The notes beneath the pieces are model-generated. The model was not told where the DNA came from and searched no databases. It saw only the letters and a program-made list of their open reading frames with translations. From assembly GCF_006345805.1 (NCBI RefSeq), contig NC_042999.1:120528001-120592000 (forward strand): a stretch of DNA of 64,000 nucleotides, written 5' to 3'. The stretch comes from Octopus sinensis (lineage: Eukaryota). Below are positions 56,284 through 64,000 of the stretch, piece by piece. The position numbers and the translations under genes are program-made. The number at the start of each line of letters is the position of its first letter. Position 1 is the stretch's first letter.

Positions 56284-56843
56284 TACGAGGGTGAGTCAAA
56301 AGGTAATGCCATTTTGTTTAGGTCAGGTATAATTACCAATACAGGAACATGTATCATACATTAAAATGAAGCTGGTCCCCTGTGAATCGCATCCCTACTT
56401 CTCAAAATAGTCACCATTTCTCTCAGTAACAATGTTCCACCTTCGAATGAGAGCATGTATCCCTGCTCCGTAATATTATATTGACTGTTCTTTGAGCCAC
56501 TTCTACACTACCTCCACACTCACCAGATTTAGCACCTTCAAATTATCATCTCTTCGGCGACACGAAAGAGGGTTCGAGAGGCAAACATTATTCCAGTTAC
56601 AAGGAAGTGAAAAATGTAGTGAAGAACTGGCTCAAAGAACAGTCAACAGAATTTTACTGGGCGGGGATACATGCTCTCCTTCGAAGGTGGAACATTGCTA
56701 TTGAGAGAAACGGTGACTCTTTTGAGAAGTAGGGATGCGATACACAGGGAACGAGCTTCATTTTGATGTATGATACATGTTCATGTGTTGGTAATTATAT
56801 CTGTCCTAAACAAAGTGGCATTACTTTTTGATTCATCCTCGTA
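56284..56843. mobile_element. Fold-back mariner derivative with about 220-bp inverted arms
   Basis: tacgagggtgagtcaaaa...ttttgattcatcctcgta ends with TA; internal + strand PPHSPDLAPSNYHLFG...WLKEQ...GIHAL..RW. Confidence 0.9.
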
Positions 56844-57276
56844 TATTTAGGGAAAATAAAAGATGACTTTACTATAAGTTCATATAGAGCTAAACATTTC
56901 ATTTGGTTGTTTTGCACTACAAGTCAAATACTGGTGCTTATTTACTAAACAAGTTATTGTTTTACTTGCTTACTTACTTAACATGTTATTTGTTTCGAAA
57001 GGGCAAATTTATCACGTGATAAAAGAGCTCATGGAATATTTGTAACTGAAAGCAGACTCAAGAGACAACAGTGACATATATTTCATCAATATGGGTGTCT
57101 TTCACCGAAATACGTCGGTGAAAGATACACTGACAAACACACACATATACAAGGACATATACAAGGACATATACAAGGACATACAAGGACATACACACAA
57201 AACATGCACAGGCACACGTGCACGGGCGCTAGACAAATTATCCCACTAATGTTATAATATAATATACAGGAAAAAG

Positions 57277-57488
57277 TCGGCGTACTGGCAGAATCCTTAG
57301 CATGCCGAGTAAAACGCTTACCGGTTTTTCGTCTATCTTTGCGTTCTGAGTTCAAATACTGCTGGGATCAACATTGCATTTCATCCTCTCGAGTCGATGC
57401 AATAGATACCGGTTTAACACTGAGGTTGATATAATCGACTTAGCTCCTCCCTGAAATTGCTGGCCTAATGCCATAATTAGAAACAAAT
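57277..57488 (+). mobile_element. OR2-like CORE-SINE
   Basis: ggcgtactggcagaatccttagcatgcc...gttctgagttcaaat...gaaattgctggcc. Confidence 0.8.
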
Positions 57489-58185
57489 ATAATATATAAA
57501 ACAGGAAATAGCGATGCGTCTCATGAGTGCATAACCGTTAAGTAACGGTATATTTGTCTCTGAGTGAGCCTTAGTGTAGAGTAAGGATTTTGAATATTAT
57601 GATGATATTCAATCACAAATTTCTGATTAGCAAGTGTAACCATTACATACTTATACGTATTTCAATAATGAAAATGACTTTTATGCAAATATTACTTCAC
57701 AGTCAGATAACAGACGAAATTACCTTAGGCCACTTAACGACAAATTAACATATACACTTATCTAGTAAAATAGATCAAAGTATATATTTAAATATTCTGG
57801 CAGCAAGTGGAGGGCTTTCATACTATTAAAGAGATAGGAAGTCCATTTTGTTGCTATTCAGTCCTTGGTGTGGGATTGAGAAATACATATATTAGACGTC
57901 AGAGCTAATTCTGATTAATTTCTAATTTTAATTTAACTACAAGTATGCAATTACACATTCTCGTTCACGCATGATTTTATGCATATAGTTCGACATGAAG
58001 ATTACTATGAATCTGTTTAGCAATATACAGACAGACATTCATAGACATAGGTCTATTGGCACATGCATGCATATACTCAAACATATATACATATACATGC
58101 ATTTATATGCGGATACATATGTACATAAATACACACACATGCATATATGTATATGTATGCATACATATGTATACATATATATACA

Positions 58186-58234
<49 letters not shown>

Positions 58235-58439
58235 TACATATATGCATTTATATACACACAATACACACACACACATATATATACATATATGCATACAAAA
58301 GATCATCTACATAAATACTAAGGCAATAACACACGTTCGTACATATATGTTTGTAAACACATATATATGATATGCATGGATGCATGTGTGTATATATGAA
58401 TATGTGTGTGTGTATATGCATAGAACTGGTGGTGGTTCG

Positions 58440-58835
58440 TTCAACCAACAGCTCTTCAAAGCAAAAACTAAGATTGATTTTGGAGCAAACAGTTCAAGAT
58501 CTGCTCTTTGCAGACGGTTGTGTACTTGAAACACACTCTTGAGGACATGCAATGGAATCTAAACAATTTTTTGCGTTCATCAAAGGCTTTTGGTCTGACC
58601 ATCAGCTTCAAGAAAACTTACCTTGTCCATCAGCCCATTTGGGACCATCTTCTCGCTGTTGCCCATACTGTATATGCTGATGGAAAAGCATTAAAATCTG
58701 TTTCTTCCTTCGCTCATCGTAGTTCCAATGTGTCCAATGATGCAAAGATGCATATAGAAATCGTGTCCAGAATCGGGAAGGCTAGTTCCGCTTTCGGCAA
58801 GCTTCATGGCACCCTTGAAACAGCCACGACATAAT
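58440..58835 (+). mobile_element. RTE/BovB-like LINE RT fragment
   Basis: LLFADGCVL, FGLTISFKKT, RIGKASSAFGKL. Confidence 0.8.
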
Positions 58836-58859
58836 ATTGAAGGTGGAAGTTAATCTTCT

Positions 58860-60988
58860 GGTGACAGAAAATCTAGGTCAGTGTTGCAGGAATTTAAGAT
58901 TTATAAGGGAGCATTATTTTTGACCAGCAAACAGCTATTAACTGCCACTCCTACAGAGTTAATGGCAGGATAAAGAATATTAAGAGATCAAAGGAAAGAA
59001 TTAAAAGGGTCAAAGGCTATCAATAGAGGAAGATACAGTAAGAGATTTAAGGGCAACACTAGAACAGAAGGTTATTTATTTATTTATTATTGTTTCTATT
59101 TTTACAAATGTTTATATATTGTAAGACAGAATTTAGGTCAATACTTAGAGGTCAGATAATTTCTATAGTAAATGGTGTGAGAGTTTTGCTTATTCAAAAT
59201 ATAGTGAAAATTCCTTATATTATTATTAAGGGAGTAGTATTACCTATTAAATTTAGAATAGAATTAGGAAGTATTAGCAATTTATTTGATTTTAGTTAGG
59301 TTAATTAAATTGACTATATAGTCAATTAAAACTTGGCATCGTACAAATACTATTTGTTTTTTTTTTGCGTTTTAAACAGGTACAGTTAGAAAGAAAGAAT
59401 ACCAGTGAAAGAGCACACAGATTTCTATTTAAAATATATTAGAGTTTTGCTTTTTTAGTAAATACAAGATAGTCCTAACTCTATACGGTTATTCTATACG
59501 ATTTTTATTTAAAATATTTAAGAGTCTTGATTTTTGAGTGAATACAAGAGGGCTAATTCAATACGGTTATTTAATAGTTTTTTTTTCTATGCTTTAAAAT
59601 TTCATGTCTCCATGGAGCAGAGTTGGCAACCTACCCTGTTATTTCTATAAGGTATCGCCCTTCTAACTATTTCCCATTTAAGGTTATATTTAATATTATT
59701 ATTTTTGAGTTACCAGACCTTACTGGAAAGTGTAGTGCAACCAGCTTTATGACGTAACTTAAATGAGGAGATATGATTGCTAACACGTTGCTTAAATTTT
59801 ATAGTACAACCCAAATAAAAAAATTTGCTATTCTCAGTAGTTATAGTACATTTATAGATTACGTTATGGACCCCACACAGACCAGGTGCCGGGCATTTTG
59901 ACTTAATCCTACAATTATACCTAGGGGGATAATCTTCAGATTTAGAATTATTTAAGGATAGATATCTCATATTGCTGCTATTCAGATTATTATGAGTATA
60001 ATTATCGTTATTATAGGTAATGTTGTTATCTAAAGCCGTGTTATCATTTATCAATCCACTTACACTATCATTTAGCTCTATAGCCATATCATAATTATCA
60101 ACATTATTGGTATTGCTACTATTTTGCTTGTATTTATATCCGAATGCATATTGCTGTTATAGATATCAATGTTATCTTCATTCCCGATATTATCTCTATT
60201 TGCATTGCTCATATTATTATCATTATTATTCCTATTAATATTAATATTAATATTAATATTATAATTTATTCCATGGTTATTGATGCTACCCTTGTTTTCA
60301 TAATTACTATTATTGTTGTTATTATTTTTATTTTTGATAATATTATTACAATTATTATTGGTATTCATGTTGATATTAGTCCTATTATTCCTGGCTAACT
60401 TAATGCTTTTATTATTAATTTTAGCTATTATAGTGGACATATTTGGGAGGGTTGAATAAGAAATCTTAACCGTTCTTTTAGAAATTATTCTATGATATTT
60501 ATGAGAGGCTGGAAAATTTTTTTCTAGAATTAATTTGAATCTGCCGTGTATATCCGATAAAATCGCACAGTTGAAAGGAATATTCAGCCAGATTGTATCT
60601 TCCTTATTATATTTTCTTAAATTAGAATTAGGGTTAGTTGAATTATTGCTGATCCCACCAGAGCTATTATATTTATTACTATTATTTGTATGCTTTTTTT
60701 ATTTATCTAAATTAGTTTTATCTGGTCTTTATTTTTATTCTTATGATTTGGCTTGCACACTGGATTTGTTGTCACCGTAAATCTATTTCTACTTTTATTT
60801 CGGACGTGATCTATTTTTTTGTTTACGTAGTTACTGCTCCCTCCATTATTAGGAATATGTAAGCTCTCCTTATCAATAAAGGTAATCTTTTGGTTGTATC
60901 CTGCCTTAGATAACGCTGCATTATAAGGCTCTGAGTGAGAGTTATAAATCTTAAATTCCTGCAACACTGACCTAGATTTTCTGTCACC
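58860..60988 (-). mobile_element. 5'-truncated Penelope-like element (RT thumb, linker, GIY-YIG endonuclease) bounded by a 47-bp inverted repeat
   Basis: EPYNAALSKAGY, TIWLNIPFN, KISYSTLPN, NCRIKSKCPAPGLC..NVIYKC..FYLGCT..FKQRVSNH, W.LK...KW.I..A.PY..CQLC; the repeat at 58860-58906 is the reverse complement of 60942-60988. Confidence 0.9.
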
Positions 60989-61572
60989 ACAGAAATAAAC
61001 TAACCTTTGTAGGTAGTGTACTTACGCCGTCTTATTCCCCTACCCCCTTCCTCTCATAATGTCCTTATTTGGGCGGTTTCTGCTTCACTGACTTCTTTTG
61101 CGACTTCTTTTAGCCACTCTCTTCTTCCAACAACGTAGTTGTGAAATGAATATATGTGTGATCAACATCTTCTCCTCATATATCAGGAAATTACATCTGC
61201 ATTATTATGGATACATTCATCTTCTCTGTGAATAAAATCTTTCCTCATATCTCCGGAAATTACACCTGCATTATTATGGATGGATTTACCTTTTCTGAGA
61301 AGCTAACAATCTTTTTAAAAACCTTTTATAAAACTGCATCATTAGAAAACATTTTAAGTCTGCTTACAATCTAACTTTGACTTTCATAGAACTCTCTTCG
61401 ATACTTCATGAGTGTAGCCTCACTCCCTAGGATGTTTGGAAAACTCACATGTGTTTTGGCTGATGAATACGGGACACTTGTATTTGCTGCAATATTTACA
61501 GCTTTAAATAAATCTGTTCTTCGTATGAAACAATTGTACTGAACAACTAATCCATTCTTGTTGCTTTTTTCT

Positions 61573-61610
<38 letters not shown>

Positions 61611-61867
61611 TTTAACAATTAAGGATAACCTCTTAATAAGGGATCTTAACAAGAAATTATCGGGTAGTTAGCGTGAAAACCTCATAAAAGAAAAGAATTC
61701 GAAAATAATTTTTTTCTTTTGAACAAATTAATTATATCTATATTGTATAGAGGGCATTATTACACATAAATGCCTCACACTAAGAGGGACAAAGTCATTA
61801 CTACCAACATTATACTAATCATACCTAAATGCAGTTTTTCAAAGCAAGACATTTAAAAAATGAATTT

Positions 61868-61925
61868 AGTTCTGTATCACCGTGTTTTCACATTCAAATT
61901 ACGTCTTATGATCATCAGCAGAACT
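61868..61925 (-). ncRNA. Hammerhead ribozyme, inverted copy (stem III mismatch)
   Basis: Reverse complement of the 62015 motif, reading GAAAacacggtgata instead of GAAAtcacggtgata. Confidence 0.55.
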
Positions 61926-62014
61926 GATTCTGAACACATTCTGCCGGAGTGAGCAGTTGTCTGTTCGTCTTCGCTACGTAAGGTTGGTAGTTTATTTATG
62001 ATGTGTTCAGAATC

Positions 62015-62072
62015 AGTTCTGCTGATGATCATAAGACGTAAGTTGAATGTGAAATCACGGTGATACAGAACT
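62015..62072 (+). ncRNA. Type I hammerhead ribozyme
   Basis: agttctg-CTGATGA-t-cat...atg-t-GAAA-tca/cgg/tga-TA-cagaact; perfect 7-bp stem I, 4-bp stem III, AUA cleavage triplet; weak stem II. Confidence 0.75.
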
Positions 62073-62494
62073 AAATTCATTTTTTAAATGTCTTGCTTTG
62101 AAAAACTGCATTTAGGTATGGTTAGTATAATTTTGGTAGTAATGACTTTGTCCCTCTTAGTGTGAGGCATTTATGTGTAATAATGCCCTCTATACAATAT
62201 AGATATAATTAATTTGTTCAAAAGAAAAAAATTTTTTTCGAATTCTTTTCTTTTATGAGGTTTTCACGCTAACTACCCGATAATTTCTTGTTAAAATCCC
62301 TTATTAAGAGGTTATCCTTAATTGTTAAACTCATTCCGAAATACTTTTTATTACCCGACATGCAGTTCGTAAAAAGCCCGCCATTTACCGGATATATGAT
62401 TTATAAACATTCCATGTGCTTGGCCGGAGTGAGCAGTTGTCTGTTCGTCTTCGCTACGTAAGGTTGGTAGTTTATTTATGATGTGTTCAGAATC

Positions 62495-62552
62495 AGTTCT
62501 GCTGATGATCATAAGACGTAAGTTGAATGTGAAATCACGGTGATACAGAACT
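62495..62552 (+). ncRNA. Type I hammerhead ribozyme (second tandem copy)
   Basis: Identical to 62015-62072 at an offset of +480. Confidence 0.75.
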
Positions 62553-63498
62553 AAATTCATTTTTTAAATGTCTTGCTTTGAAAAACTGCATTTAGGTATG
62601 ATTAGTATAATTTTGGTAGTAATGACTTTGTCCCTCTTAGTGTGAGGCATTTATGTGTAATAATGCCCTCAATACAATATATATATATATATTTAAGGTG
62701 CATTCCGTTAGGAATATAATAGAGTACAAAATAAAGTTCGTTCAACATTCGAATTACCAAATAGCCGGTAGTATTACAGTGTATTTACAAGTCTAGGTTT
62801 AGGCAATCTTCGAGAGTGAAAATAATATTGAATTAGATAGAGTCAACAAAATGTTGTACGGTTGGACAGTTGTTTAATAATCACTTCAATTGTTTCCATA
62901 CCACATAGGTCCACATATGCTAGCTGGATTTCTTCAGGTGATATACAATTGTTGTCTCCGTTAGTTACAAAAGCATCGACTTTGTCCTACTGAAATTATA
63001 TTACACCATGTCAAATCATTATTTTCATGTTTGAATCTGATTTATGCTTCTAACTTTGATTCAAATATACATGTTCTATTCATAGATATTGCCAGGATGT
63101 TGATAGTTTTTTTAACATTTATAATATAACGGCGTGATGTTCGTAATAATTTGGCATTTAAAAAATAACGAAATATCACAAAATTACTAACCTGAGTCAT
63201 CCATCAGAACAAATTTCTATGGTAATGTTTTAAAACTCTCATATATTTCTAACCAAAATTCCAGTACTTTTGGTCAATGAATAATATTGATATAATTAAT
63301 ATTTGCTTGAAATATGTAGATCTACATTTTAGATTCATCTTAATCCATATACCATAAAATGGATGAGGGGCAACTATTTTTTAATGCAAATTTTGCAATT
63401 GCTTGTAATATACGAATTTAACAATGTGATAATTTTGAGTGTACTGTTCATACACGCACGCACTTACGTACATGCATACATACAAATACATACATATG

Positions 63499-63536
<38 letters not shown>

Positions 63537-63579
63537 TCAATAAATGGTGGGGGTTGTGTTGACCGCACGTGGATAAATG

Positions 63580-63737
63580 ATAAGTAAGGAAAAATTTTTT
63601 TAAAAAAGCAGAATGCTCAAATGAAAGAAAATTTTAATAAAATGAGAAAATTTTAATAAAATATTTTATCATTTTCTCATTTTATTAAAATTTTCTTTCA
63701 TTTGAGCATTCTGCTTTTTTAAAAAAAATTTTCCTTA

Positions 63738-63742
<5 letters not shown>
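63580..63742. repeat. Near-perfect AT-rich palindrome, about 72-bp arms with a 19-nt spacer
   Basis: ataagtaaggaaaa...gagaaaat (63580-63651) pairs with attttctc...ccttacttat (63671-63742) with a single A/T run difference. Confidence 0.95.
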
Positions 63743-63791
<49 letters not shown>

Positions 63792-64000
63792 CATACATAT
63801 AAATATACATATATATATATGCATGTATGCATGTTTATATATATATATATTATATATTTATATATATAGTAAATCCCAAAAGATAAACGAAGAACAAACA
63901 CAAAAAGCACAAAAAACAACAACGCGAGAACGTGGTAGATGTAAAGTATTAGCAGACGCTCAGGGAAGGAAAGAAAGGTAGTTTTACATTTCAAGCAAAG

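Larger units (their letters stand above)
61609..62681 (+). mobile_element. Non-coding HHR-bearing tandem unit (period 480) with a 331-bp inverted 5' arm, in a (TA)n site; Penelope pLTR/retrozyme-like
   Basis: 61609-61939 is approximately the reverse complement of 62001-62331; 61943-62201 is nearly identical to 62423-62681; (TA)n on both flanks. Confidence 0.88.

Noticed and set aside
57143-57195. CRISPR-like short direct repeats (acatatacaagg)n
   Set aside because: A 12-bp minisatellite without spacers, in a eukaryotic context.
58900-59420. Expected HHR/pLTR at the Penelope 3' end, or a link to the 61609 unit
   Set aside because: No CTGANGA/GAAA core was found and no sequence is shared with 61609-62681.

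Overview
AT-rich, microsatellite-dense animal DNA, inferred to be octopus/coleoid cephalopod from its OR1/OR2-like tRNA-SINEs. I find no intact, recognisable host gene, and most six-frame ORFs are microsatellite or antisense artefacts. The window is mostly decayed mobile elements: CR1-group LINEs, three R4/Dong-type RLE retrotransposons, RTE, Penelope-like (GIY-YIG) pieces, mariner, Chapaev3-like, Merlin, a Gypsy integrase fragment and many SINEs. The most notable signal is a set of small non-coding elements carrying type I hammerhead ribozyme (HHR) cores. (1) A tRNA-head + (AAT)n + HHR composite occurs in 3 copies; one has an inverted tail and an 11-bp TSD, and one hosts a Dong insertion in its AAT tract. 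(2) A 480-nt tandem HHR unit with a 331-bp inverted arm (61609-62681) is retrozyme/pLTR-like. Also seen: a SINE/LINE shared 3' hairpin with compensatory changes, several long palindromes, and two weak TLR-like relics. All family assignments come from manual motif recognition, not database searches.
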